Positions 1 to 25,562 of a stretch of 64,000 bases of DNA are shown piece by piece. Numbering within the stretch: position 1 is the first letter of the stretch; each line of letters starts with the position of its first letter. The translations under genes and the position numbers were made by a program. The notes below the pieces were generated by a model. It saw only the letters and a list, made by a program, of their open reading frames with translations. It made no database searches and was not told where the DNA came from. This DNA is from the human T2T-CHM13v2.0 reference genome, Homo sapiens. The DNA is taken from the NCBI RefSeq assembly GCF_009914755.1, contig NC_060930.1; one strand, 5' to 3'.

Positions 1-244
1 CAATGAATTATCCTGCAATCATCTTCATATAAATCACCTCAAATGGCTCAGATGTAGGGGGCTGGTGCAAGTTTGTGTTGCCACAAGAAAGCTTTCCTGG
101 GACATTTGGGAGCCCAGCTCTTTGAACCCAGGATTTAGAGAGGAATTGTAAGCTATATCCCTGGAGACCCCAGCCTCCTTCCTCAGCACTGTCACCTGGG
201 AATGCCACTTCCTTACTCCAAAAAGGCTTCTAGTCCCTGTTGTC

Positions 245-675
245 TGTTGACCTAAAAGGTAAAGAAGCTGAGGCAAAATTAATATAAGTAGAAAGTTTAT
301 TTGGGCCAGGCCTGAGGATTACAACCCAGCAGTATAGATTCAAGTTGTCCTGAGTATACTGTCTAATTAGCAGCAGTTACAAATGGGAAGGAAGAGGCCA
401 TTCCTGAGTTGTTTACCAAGACTTTACCTTAAAATAACATAAACTGTTGACTATACATTGTTAAGCTATAGACTGGGTTATAGTTTCTGGTGGAGCATTA
501 TTAGGTTACTTTGTAGCTACTAGTGGCAATAGCAAGCAGTTTTAAGAGATGAATACATATCTTAAAAATGGGGTGGGGGAGTAGGATGTGATTGTGGCTA
601 TAGTTTCATGCCTCTCTGGGTCTGATAATTTAAAAGGATTTGCGTTTCTCAGATAAATTTTCTTTTATTTTCTCA
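245..675 (-). mobile_element. 3' LTR of the ERV1 provirus (MER65-like)
   Basis: TG...CA termini; roughly 85% similar by eye to 25563-26753; AATAAA on the minus strand near 296-301. Confidence 0.85.
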
Positions 676-687
676 TTTCCCTCTTTT
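676..687 (-). other. Polypurine tract of the provirus
   Basis: tttccctctttt reads AAAAGAGGGAAA on the minus strand, immediately 5' of the 3' LTR. Confidence 0.75.
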
Positions 688-2159
688 GATAAAAAATATT
701 TCTTCTTGAAAGCATTGATGATCAAAATCTGAGTGTCAAGGTGTCCCTCATTGCTGGGAAGGCTCGATCTTAGGGTAGTCCTGTCAAAGTCATTGATCTA
801 TAGCTGCTGTCACTTGTTAAATCATCTCTAGTCTGTAGGGTACCATGAATTTAGTTTTCTTAGAAGTAGTAAAACAATGAGAGATATATAGTAGAAATAT
901 AATACGCACAAGGACTATAATAAAGAAGAAAATGTGTATGCCAAAATTTTTAATAAACCTATTCCATTGGGGAAGTCAGTTAAACGCATCATGAAGAAAA
1001 TTAAAGCCTGGTCCTTTTTTAGAGACTTGTATCCAGGAAGTAGTTCAGGATGTAGTCCAAATTGTAGGAAGATAATAAAAACTCAGAAAAATGGACAGGG
1101 CTAGAGTCTAATAACAGGTGTACTGTAGTTTTCTTCTGAAACATAATTTTTTTCTGTTTTCAGCCCCCATTTTTACCAACGATAAATCTTAGTAGGACCA
1201 ATTTATTTGTAAAATAAGTTTTAATGTTATACTTGGTCTGATTACTTGCATAAAGTGCAAGAAAAATGATTGGCCAAATAGGCTCTTTTAGGTTGACTTT
1301 GCTGGAACTTTCATAAGGAATTTTGGATTACACTGTTAAAAGTTTTGAGGTTAGGAAATCAAGCCAAGGATTCACCACTAGACTGCCATTGTAATACCTG
1401 TAGGAATTGGTAAATTTGTCTCTTCACAAGGTCCCCAAAATATCTTGAGGTTCCCAAACCTGTCTAAAAGTGACATTCTTTACTTACCACAAGGACAGAA
1501 ATCTTGGAACTGTGTAAGATAAGGTTTCAGGCCAGTCTTTCCAAGAGGCTTTTTATCAGCTCTATAAAGTCAACCTCAATTCCTCAAAGCAGTCTGATCA
1601 TCTCTGAAAATATACCATTCCAGTCAAAGTCTGGCTAAAAACACCACCACCACCAAACAATGTCTTCAGTTGTGTCCTGTTACAGAAAACAGATTCTTAT
1701 TGAACTAGTGCAGATTACTAGATTGCCATGAAATAAGAATACCCATGAATAATTTCCAAATTTGGGGGAAACAAAGTAGAGAGAAAGGCAAATGTTTTGA
1801 TTTTGCTTATAAAGATATATTACCCAATTGCTATAACCTATAAATAGCTCAAAAGAAAAATGTATTTTTGACTCTGGAAAACAAAATATAAAAAAAATCA
1901 GCAATGTTTGAAATAAAAGGTCTTAAAAATCATTTCAGTTCTTTATCAGTTTAGTGACATGTAATTCATGTTCTGCTTGATGTTGGGTTAGTAATCTTCA
2001 TGAACACGTTAGTTTATTGAGTTTTGAAGATTTTTACTTAGTCCAGTGGTATGATCTCTGAAGTTATCAGATGTCTGTACTCAAGAGTACTTGTCAGGGT
2101 CCCTTTTCATGAATTTCTTTGAAGAAAAAGCAAATTTTGGATTGTAGCAAATTTTTAAA

Positions 2160-3513
<1,354 letters not shown>

Positions 3514-5328
3514 AAACCATTTTTTGTTTTGTTTTGTTTTGTTTTTCAGAAGAATCAAAGTAGAATACTAATTGTCTGTAAATGACAAAAGACTTAGGAT
3601 AGCTATGGTTAAAGACAAAATTGACAAGGAAATTTGGTTATTCCTGTGGCATACAGCAGTTTAATCATAATCATGACTGATTTCATATACCAAGACATAT
3701 CTGAAGTGGAATCTCCTACAATTTTGGAACATATTAACATAGCTATACAAATATAACTCAAAGTTAAATACTATTTCTTATTTGACAGTGCTTCCCATAT
3801 GATTTTAATATACCAAATAAGCCTAATATATCTCTCTTGGACTTCCAGGGTTTTCTTCTGGAAAAGACTTAATTTTAGAATTTTAAATTTGATTTTGGGA
3901 GTATGTCAGATACTGAAGGTTTAAAATATTTGATCAAAATAGGATTACAGGCCACTAATAATAGTCATTCATTTAACCAAAGTGATAATTCAAATATTTC
4001 TGAAAGCAAAAACCTTCTTTGCATATAAATAGGACCAAAAAACCACAAAAAACAACACCTTTACTCTTTGATAGAGAGGAGACTCAGTTTTCCAAGCAAT
4101 CAAAAGACCTAATAAAGACAGCATTGGATGAAAAAATGTCTTTCCCTCTTTTTTCCACTCAGAAGGTGAACAAAAAATTAATCCTTATTAGTACTTCACA
4201 AAAATATTGTTCAAAAGAGAAAAACAAATCTTACCTTTGCATCAGTGTATTATTAATGTAAAGCTAATTTTAATTAAACCTTATAAACAAATCTATCCAG
4301 ATGTTTATTTACAAGATGGCTGAATAGGAACAGCTCCAGTCTACAGCTCCCAGCATGAGTGACGCAGAAGACTGGTGATTTCTGCATTTCCAACTGAGGT
4401 ACCAGGTTCATCTCACTGGGGCTTGTCGGACAGTGGGGGCAGGACAGTGAGTGCAGCCCACTGAGTGTGAGCTAAAGCAGGGCAAGGCATCACCTCACCT
4501 GAGAAGCACAGGGGGTCGGGGAATTCCCTCTCCTAGCCAAGGGAAGGGGTGAGAGATGGCACCTGGAAAATCGGGTCACTCCCACCCTAGCACTGTGCTT
4601 TTCCAATGGTCTTAGCAAACAGCACACCAGGAGATTATATCCCACGCATGGCTCAGAGGGTCCCATGCCCACGGAGCCTCACTCTTTGCTAGCACGGCAG
4701 TCTGAGATCAAACTGCAAGGCGGCAGCAAGGCTGGGGGAGGGGCACCCACCATTGCTGAGACTTGAGTAGGTAAGCAAAGCTTCTGGGAAGCTTGAACTC
4801 GGTGGAGCCCACTGCAGCTCAAGGAGGCCTGCCTGCTTCTGTGGACCCCACCTCTGGGGGCAGGGCATAGCTGAACAAAAGGCAGCAGAAACCTCTGCAG
4901 ACTTAAATGTCCCTGTCTGACAGCTTTGAAGAGAGTAGTGGTTCTCCCAGCATGGAGTTTGAGATCTGAGAACGGACAGACTGCCTCCTCAAGTGGGTCC
5001 CTGACCCCCAAGTAGGCTAACTGGGAGGCACCCCCCAGTAGGGGTAGACTGACACCTCACACGGCCAGGTACCCCTCTGAGACGAAGCTTCCAGAGGAAT
5101 GATCAGGCAGGAAAACTTGCTGTTCAGCAATATTTGCTGTTCTGCAGCCTCCATTGCTGATACACAGGCAAACAGGGTCTGGAGTGGACCTCCAGCAAAC
5201 TCCAACAGACCTGCTGCTGAGGGTCCTGACTGTTAGAAGGAAAACTAACAAACAGAAAGGACATCCACACCAAAACCCCATCTGTACGTCACCATCATCA
5301 AAGACCAAAGGTAGATAAAACCACAAAG

Positions 5329-6337
5329 TTGGGGAAAAAACAGAGCAGAAAAGCTGAAAATTCTAAAAATCAGAGCGCCTCTCCCACTCCAAAGGAACGC
5401 AGCTCCTCACCAGCAACAGAACAAAGCTGGACAGAAAATGACTTTGATGAGTTGAGAGAAGAAGGCTTCAGGTGATCCAATTTCTCTGAGCTAAGTTTGA
5501 ACCCATCGCAAAGAAGCTAAAAACCTTGAAAAAAGATTAGACGAATGGCTAACTAGAATAACCAGTGTAGAGAAGTCCTTAAATGACCTGATGGAGCTGA
5601 AAATCATGGCACAAGAACTACGTGACAAATGCACAAGCTTCAGTAGCTGATTCGATCAACTGGAAGAAACGGTATCAGTGATTGAAGATCAAATGAATGA
5701 AGTGAAGCGAGAAGAGAAGTTTAGAGAAAAAAGAGTAAAAAGGAATGAACAAAGCCTCCAAGAAATATAGGACTCTGTGAGAAGAGCAAATCTACATCTG
5801 ATTGGTGTTCCTCAAAGTGACGGGGAGAATGGAACCAAGTTGGAAAACACTCTGCAGGATATTATCCAGGAGAACTTCCCCAACGTAGCAAGGCAGGCCA
5901 ACATTCAAATTCAGGAAATACAGAGAATGCCACAAAGATACTCCTCAAGAAGAGCAACTCCAAGACACATAATTTTCAGATTCACCAAAGTTGAAATGAA
6001 GGAAAAAATGTTAAGGGCAGCCAGAGAGAAAGGTCCGGTTACCCACAAAGGGAAGCCCATCAGACTAACAGCTGATCTCTTGGCAGAAACTCTACAAGCC
6101 AGAAGAGACTGGGGGCCAATATTCAACATTCTTAAAGAAAAGAATTTTCAACCCAGAATTTCATATCCAGCCAAACAAAGCTTTATAAGTGAAGGAGAAA
6201 TAAAATTCTTTACAGACAAGCAAATGCTGAGAGACTTTGTCAACACCAGGCCTGCCCTACAAGAGCTCCTGAAGGAAGCGCTAAACATGGAAAGGAACAA
6301 CCAGTACCAGCCACTGTAAAAACATGACAAATTGTAA
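5329..6337 (+). pseudogene. L1-A ORF1 (disrupted)
   Basis: Start codon ATG>TTG, in-frame stops and a deletion near 5494; ORF 5777-6319 encodes the ORF1p RRM/CTD (ENFPNVARQ...YPAKQSF). Confidence 0.9.
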
Positions 6338-6400
6338 AGACCATCGAGGCTAGGAAGAAACTGCATCAACTAACGAGCAAAATAACCAGCTAACATCATA

Positions 6401-10217
<3,817 letters not shown>

Positions 10218-10434
10218 ACAATGAGAATACTTGGACACAGGAAGGGGAACATCACACACCGGGGCCTGTTGTGGGTTGGGGGGAGGGGGGAGGGAAAGCA
10301 TTAGGAGATATACCTAATGTAAATGACAAGTTAATGGGTGCAGCACACCAACATGGCACATGTATACATATGTAACAAACCTGTACATTGTGCACATGTA
10401 CCCTAGAACTTAAAGTGTAATTAAAAAAAAAAAA

Positions 10435-11295
10435 GAAAAAAACAACCCCATCAAAAAGTGGGCAAAGGATGTAAACAGACACTTCTCAAAAGAAGACATT
10501 TATGCAGCCAACAGACACATGAAAAAATGCTCATCATCACTGGCCATCAGAGACATGCAAATCAAAACCACAATGAGATACCATCTCACACCAGTTAGAA
10601 TGGCAATCATTAAAAAGTCAGGAAACAATAGGTGCTGGAGAGGATGGGGAGAAATAGGAACACTTTAACACTGTTGGTGGGACTGTAAACTAATTCAACC
10701 ATTGTGGAAGATAGTGTGGCAATTCCTCAATGATCTAGAACTAGAAATACCATTTGACCCAGCCATCCCATTACTGGGTATATACCCAAAGGATTATAAA
10801 TCATGCTGCTATAAAGACACATGCACACATATGTTTATTGCGGCACTATTCACAATAGCAAAGACTTGGAACCAACTCAAATGTCCATCAGTGATAGACT
10901 GGATTAAGAAAATATGGCACATATACACCACGGAATACTATGCAGCCATAAAAAAGGAAGAGTTCATGTCCTTTGTAGGGACATGGATGAAGCTGGAAAC
11001 CATCATTCTCAGCAAACTATCGCAAGGACAAAAAACCAAGCACTGCATGTTCTCACTCATAGGTGGGAATTGAACAACGAGAACACTTGGACACAGGAAG
11101 GGGAACATCACACACTGGGGCCTGTCGTGGTGTGGGGGGAGGAGGGGAGGGAGAGCATTAGGAGATATACCTAATGCAAATGACGAGTTAATGGGTGCAA
11201 TGCACCAACATGGCACATGTATACATATGTAACAAACCTGCACGTTGTGCACATGTACCCTAGAACTTAAAGTATAATTAAAAACAAAAAACAAA
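10435..11295 (+). repeat. Second tandem copy of the L1-A 3' terminal ~860 bp
   Basis: After poly(A) the sequence restarts at gaaaaaaacaaccccatcaaaaagtggg (equivalent to about 9575) and runs through the ORF2 end, 3'UTR and A-tail, inside the same TSD. Confidence 0.9.
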
Positions 11296-11541
11296 AAACA
11301 AATCTATCCAGTCTCAATCTCAGTTTTTTTTTTTTTATTATACTTTAAGTTTTAGGGTACATGTGCACAACGTGCAGTTTAGTTACATATGTATACATGT
11401 GCCATGCTGGTGCGCTGCACCCACTAACTCGTCATCTAGCATTAGGTATATCTCCCGATGCTATCCCTCCCCCCTCCCCCCACCCCACAACAGTCCCCAG
11501 AGTGTGATGTTCCCCTTCCTGTGTCCATGTGATCTCATTGT

Positions 11542-15367
<3,826 letters not shown>

Positions 15368-15430
15368 TATGATGTTAGCTGGTTATTTTGCTCGTTAGTT
15401 GATGCAGTTTCTTCCTAGTCTCGATGGTCT

Positions 15431-16447
15431 TTACATTTTGGCATGATTTTGCAGTGGCTGGTACCGGTTGTTCCTTTCCCTGTTTAGTGCTTCCTTCAGT
15501 AGCTCTTTTAAGGCAGGCCTGGTGGTGACAAAATCTCTCAGCATTTGCTTGTCTGTAAAGTATTTTATTTCTCCTTCACTTATGAATCTTAGTTTGGCTG
15601 GATATGAAATTCTGGGTTGAAAATTCTTTTCTTTAAGAATGTCGAATATTGGCCCCCACTCTCTTCTGGCTTGTAGGGTTTCTGGCGAGAGATCCGCTGT
15701 TAGTCTGATGGGCTTCCCTTTGAGGGTAACCCGACCTTTCTCTCTGGCTGCCCTTAACATTTTTTCCTTCATTTCAACTTTGGTGAATCTGACAATTATG
15801 TGTCTTGGAGTTGCTCTTCTTGAGGAGTATCTTTGTGGTGTTCTCTGTATTTCCTGAATCTGAACGTTGGCCTGCCTTGCTAGATTGGGGAAGTTCTCCT
15901 GGATAATATCTTGCAGAGTGTTTTCCAACTTGGTTCCATTCTCCCTGTCACTTTCAGGTACACCAATCAGACGTAGATTTGGTCTTTTCACATAGTCCCA
16001 TATTTCTTGGAGGCTTTGCTCATTTCTTTTTATTCTTTTTTCTCTAAACTTCCCTTCTCACTTCATTTCATTCATTTCATCTTCCATTGCTGATACCCTT
16101 TCTTCCAGTTGATTGCATCGGCTCCTGAGGCTTCTGCATTCTTCACGTAGTTCTCGAGCCTTGGTTTTCAGCTCCATCAGCTCCTTTAAGCACTTTTCTG
16201 TATTGGTTATTCTAGTTATACATTCTTCTAAATTTTTTTCAAAGTTTTCAACTTCTTTGCCTTTGGTTTGAATTTCCTCCTGTAGCTCAGAGTAATTTGA
16301 TCGTCTGAAGCCTTCTTCTCTCAGCTCGTCAAAGTCATTCTCCATCCAGCTTTGTTCCGTTGCTGGTGAGGAACTGCGTTCCTTTGGAGGAGGAGAGGCG
16401 CTCTGCTTTTTAGAGTTTCCAGTTTTTCTGTTCTGTTTTTTCCCCAT
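15431..16447 (-). pseudogene. L1-B ORF1 (single in-frame stop)
   Basis: MGKKQNRK...NHAKM spans 339 codons in one frame with a CGA>TGA stop at 16058-16060. Confidence 0.93.
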
Positions 16448-16905
16448 CTTTGTGGTTTTATCTACTTTTGGTCTTTGATGATGGTGGTGTACAGATGGGT
16501 TTTTGGTGTGGATGTCCTTTCTGTTTGTTAGTTTTCCTTCTAACAGAGAGGACCCTCAGCTGCAGGTCTGTTGGAGTGACACCCTGCCATGTGAGGTGTC
16601 AGTGTGCCCCTGCTGGGGGGTGCCTCCCAGTTACGCTGCTCGGGGTTCAGGGGTCAGGGACCCACTTGAGGAGGCAGTCTGCCCGTTCTCAGATCTCCAG
16701 CCGCGTGCTGGGAGAACCACTGCTCTCTTCAAAGCTGTCCCACAGGGACATTTAAGTCTGCAGAGGTTACTGCTGTCTTTTTGTTTGTCTGTTTCCTGCC
16801 CCCAGAGGTGGAGCCTACATAGGCAGGCAGGCCTCCTTGAGCTGTGGTGGGCTCCACCCAGTTCGAGCTTCCTGGCTGCTTTGTTTACCTAATCAAGCCT
16901 GGGCA

Positions 16906-17214
16906 ATGGCGGGCGCCCCTCCCCCAGCCTCGCTGCTGCCTTGCAGTTTGATCTCAGACTGCTGTGCTAGCAATCAGCAAGACTCCGTGGGCGTAGGACC
17001 CTCTGAGCCAGGTGCGGGATATAATCTCGTGTTGCGCCATTTTTTAAGCCCATCGGAAAAGCACAGTATTCGGGTGGGAGTGACCCGATTTTCCAGGTGC
17101 TGTCAATCACCCCTTTCTTTGACTCAGAAAGGGAACTCCCTGACCCCTTGCGCTTCCCAAGTGAGGCAATGCCTCGCCCTGCTTCTGCTCACGCACGGTG
17201 CGCGCACACACTGA
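16906..17214 (+). CDS. L1 antisense ORF0-like frame of L1-B (102 aa)
   Basis: MAGAPPPASLLPCSLISDCCASNQQDSVGVGPSEPG...RVGVTRFSRC matches ORF0; ATG in gcaATGg context; stays open past the usual ~71-aa end. Confidence 0.6.
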   Translation: MAGAPPPASLLPCSLISDCCASNQQDSVGVGPSEPGAGYNLVLRHFLSPSEKHSIRVGVTRFSRCCQSPLSLTQKGNSLTPCASQVRQCLALLLLTHGARTH

Positions 17215-19648
17215 CCTGCGCCCACTGTCTGGCACTCCCTAGTGAGATGAACCCAGTACCTCAGATGGAAATGCAGAAATCACCCGTCTTCTGCGTTGCT
17301 CATGCTGGGAGCTGTAGACCGGAGCTGTTCCTATTCGGCCATCTTTCAATCTCAGTTTTGACTGCACAAGATTTCTGTAAACCTTTTAACCTTTACAATT
17401 TTCTATTAAAGAACAGATCAGTGCTCCAAGAAAACCCTGTTATTTTGACCCAGGGGCCTAACTCTGGCCCTGCATCAGTGTATTTTTGATATGCTCCATT
17501 TTTAGGAAAAATAATCCCCTTCTAATTTAGCCAACTTAATCACACATAAAATTCTTTTCATGAGATTAATCTTCTACAGGCCTTCTACAACTTGCTTAAA
17601 CCTTCAGTTTTGTGTTGTATATCCCCTTTTTATATTGGCATTCTACCTTAGGTGAAAATTTACTTTCCTTGCCCTCTTGTTTTGACCACACAAAGTTCTC
17701 TCATGTAAAAGGAAAAAAATTATTCTTTTTAAAAACTCTTTTTGCATCTTACTTTCTTTATATACTCTGTATGTAGAATTGTTTGTCTTATACTTAGTAG
17801 TTTTAATTGCATATATTAATTCCAGTGTGAACTCTTAGTAACCCTGATTTTCAGTGAAAAACCTAGGAACCGATTTTACTTATGTGTCAGATGCAGATCC
17901 CAGGACAAAGGTTGGATGTAGCCTTTCCAGCATGGTCAAGAGGCATAGCTGACCCAGGGAGGATGCAGCCCAGGCACTGTCCCAAGGCCTCACCATGGCC
18001 ACTATCTATACCACAGGATTTAAAGGCCCAAATTCAAAGACATAAGCTCACAGACAAATTAAGCAAGTGTCAAAAATATCATAAAAGCAACAGCTTTATG
18101 ACTTTAAAATATCTAGTAGAGACATTATAAACAGATCTGATCAGTAGACCCAGGCAAAAATGTCTAAAATTCTGAAGACATTTCTATTATTTTATCAACA
18201 ATTTAAAAACTATCTTTATTTACCAAAGAGTACTAAAGTCACAGGGACCTGAAAAGCATTTGGGTTATTTAACTTATGAGCCCTCATTTATTTATAAGTC
18301 AATGGTATCACAACCAATATACAAACAGCCATGTATATATGTACACATAATACAGACAGGCACAAATAAAGACATTATAGCTTTGATTTAAAACTCTTAA
18401 CCATGAGACCTGTAAAAGTCACTAGCTTGAAAGGATGGTGGGATTCAAACTGTGTCTTTGTGAATGAAAAAGGTTAAAGTTTATCTCTCTCACAGGGCTG
18501 AAGCCCTTACGGAGTTTTAGAGAAAACATGATAGCAAATTTACTTCTCAAATCAGAGAGAGAGAGACAGAGAGAATTTGGCTTCTTTCAAGAAGGAGTTT
18601 GAGTGTGTTAGAGAAAGATTTAAAATGGATGCCAAGGTAACACAAATGATAGGAAAATGCCATAGCATTTTATAAGGAGACCAATTTTATTTAGATAAGT
18701 AGCTTTTAATTTAGCCTGTTTTCCAACTGGACTGCTATGTTCAGGGCAGAGCCCATTAAGAAACATGACCAACAAAGCATTTGTAATTTTTAATGGCCTA
18801 ATAATTTATGTGAAGAGCAGGTGCAGTTGGGAGGCAGAACATCTAGATATTTAAAAATCAAGGACTCCACTTTTACACTTTATCCTGAGTTCCCAGAAAG
18901 AGGAGAATGCCATGGGACTGAGCCACGCAATGCTTTCACAGTGCACTTTACTAGAAACACATTTCTTTAAGTGTTTAAATCATGCCTTTTAAATCTAAAC
19001 ATGCAAAGAAATGAGTAGCCCTCTCTAATAGTAACCATTCATTATACTTCCTAAAGTAAGGAAGAGAAAAAAGAAAGCAATAATAAAAATTTTAAAGTTT
19101 TTAGAAAATAACCATTCATTTTAAACAGCTGCTGTCAGCTACCTCCAAAACTGCAGCTCTTGCCATTGACTCAGCAGCCATCACACATACAAAGGTCAAG
19201 TGCTCTCTCACAGTACAGAGAAATCTCTGGTACCCCTCAAAGCCAAAGAGATCAGGTAATACAATACAAAAGAAAGCAGAGTTTTAGACCTGAGAGGAAC
19301 TCGTCCATGACTCTTCAGACTCCACAGGAAGACAGAATACCCCAAAAAGAGGGTTAGTGGTACTCTTTTCTGTGTGCCTTAAGGGAATTTGAGTCATTAG
19401 AAGTCTCTTCTAGATTCTTTCATGTGCGACCAAAGACAACAAAGAGAAAGGAGGAACTTGTATATCAGCTTTTAATTAAGCTGACTTTAACCATAGAGCT
19501 TTAAAAAAAAAAGTCTTTGCATACCTCTTATTATCAGATTTTAGCCAGGAAAAATAGCTGGTATTCCTGGCATTTGAACTTTTGTTTTAACCAAAGGCAA
19601 CCTCCCAAGTGACTCACCAAAACCAATAAGGCTTAACCAAGGTATGAC

Positions 19649-23422
<3,774 letters not shown>

Positions 23423-24414
23423 CGTGAAGTATCTCCAAAGAAGTTCAAAGCAGTCCTCACAAGATCCAGAACTACCCCAAAGACAGCTCAAAGAAAGGAA
23501 GGTTTTGCTAGCTGCAAATGGAGTAAACTCACATTTCTGTCTGGCCATGTTTTCTTGGATCTCAGCCTTTCAGCCTAGCACCTGTGCACAAGGACCCGAA
23601 GCCCCATATGCCCCACAAATGGAAAAAGAAGGGAGCCCAAAAGCTCTCCACGGAAAGGGAAAAGGACCAGTAACAAATGAGTATCCCAAAAGGTCATGAA
23701 TCATGCAAATAATTTTAAACAAATCGGACTATTTCCCTGACCAGGGATTGAACCTGGGCCACCCTGGCCACTAGACTACAGGGTGGAGTGCTTTTTTGTG
23801 TGTCAATCCTGCAGGGGATCCAAAGCAGGAAGTTTGAGTGTTTAAAGGATTTTAACTTATTTCTGATCTGATTTGAGTTGGACTGCTGCTTTGCTAATTT
23901 TCTGGATGTTAGCATTTCAAAGACACGATAAAGTTTAAAGGGTATTGTTTGATATTGGGTCAGAAAATCAGTGTATTTATTAGTCTTGGTTTAGGACAGT
24001 TGTTAGATCTGCATTTTTATAATCACAGTAGTTTTATTTCCATCCTGCAGTTGCTCCATTTGTTCCTTCTGTTCTAAATTTAAATTCATTTTCCCCTCTG
24101 AGAGAAGGAAATGTGTACACTGTAAAATTCCAGAATATCTCTGGCTAAAAGGTGTATGGGAGTTGAGGGAACAAGCAGAAAGGGATGAGTAGATCACAGG
24201 GCTCATCTGAAGGAGCAGTGAGAGGTGAAAGGGAGAAAGCCTGTGAAGTCTATTTTAATAGTTTCAAATATTCCTTTGTTTACCTGTTGAATGGAAGAGG
24301 CAATTTTTTTCTGTTAGAGTTTCTTTTAGAGGTTTTAAGGTGTATTGGAAATAAGTCTCCTATTCAATTTATCTGGTTCTAAAACCAGCTCTTCCTAATT
24401 GTTCACAGAAATAA

Positions 24415-24707
<293 letters not shown>

Positions 24708-25539
24708 TGTTTTTGGTATTTTTAAAGGCCTTCATTTTTGGTCATTGCTGCTTATGACCATCCCAGGTTAGGTGGGTCCACGTTCCTGGATATCTACAAG
24801 AGGGCACCCTATAAGTGTTCTACATAAATCCAGCTGGTGTTTTTAAAAGGAGCATTGAGATTTTGAAGCTTGATTTCCCATCATTTAGGAATTTTTCAAA
24901 AGTGAGGCTGGGAATGTGTTTAGGGTCAAAGTGTGATGAGTCTCTGAGTGTGTCTAACTGCCAGGTGGCAGCAGAATGCTAAAAGTATGTGGGGCCAGAC
25001 CCTTATAAGAGTCTGGAAGAGCAAAACGGGGGTACACTTTTCACTTAGTAACAAACAGGAACCAGTCACAAATGAAAGGCTAACCCTGAATTTTCAAGAG
25101 ATAGAAAACAGCCACAATCTTAAAAGCATACTATGTAAAATGAAACCACCAGTGCCTAACTGCCAGCCTTTTGCCCTGAGTTTCTGCTGTGAGGCAGGCA
25201 GAAAAACCTTGACTCAAACCTCTGGTCCTGAGGCAGAGGTGGAAAAACCTTGACCCGAACTTCTGCTGTGAGACAGAAGTGGGAAAAAAGGCAGTTCCCC
25301 ACAGAGCTCTCCACCAGAATCTCCTGTCCAAAGACTGAAGCCCTCACTCTTCAAGAAAGAGTTTGAAAAATGGTCCAAAGAAAGTCTAGACCTTTAACCA
25401 AAGAGTGGGAGGTCTGAATTCAGGAAAACTCATCTGAAACACCCAACGGGACTTCTGAAGACAGACTGTTTATGCTGGTACCGAGCGCTGCTTTCTGAGA
25501 GAAACACCAAGCGGTTGGGGTCCCGGGGAGTCACTCTGA

Positions 25540-25558
25540 GTCCTGCTGATTTATGCTA
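25540..25558 (-). other. Degenerate primer-binding site, tRNA-Ser-like
   Basis: Plus strand gtcctgctgatttatgcta resembles the tRNA-Ser 3' end ATCCTGCCGACTACGCCA (transitions, two at CpGs, plus a 1-nt insertion); 4 nt from the 5' LTR. Confidence 0.55.
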
Positions 25559-25562
25559 GACA

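Noticed and set aside
10261-10295. G-quadruplex-like tract
   Set aside because: Standard L1 3'UTR feature.
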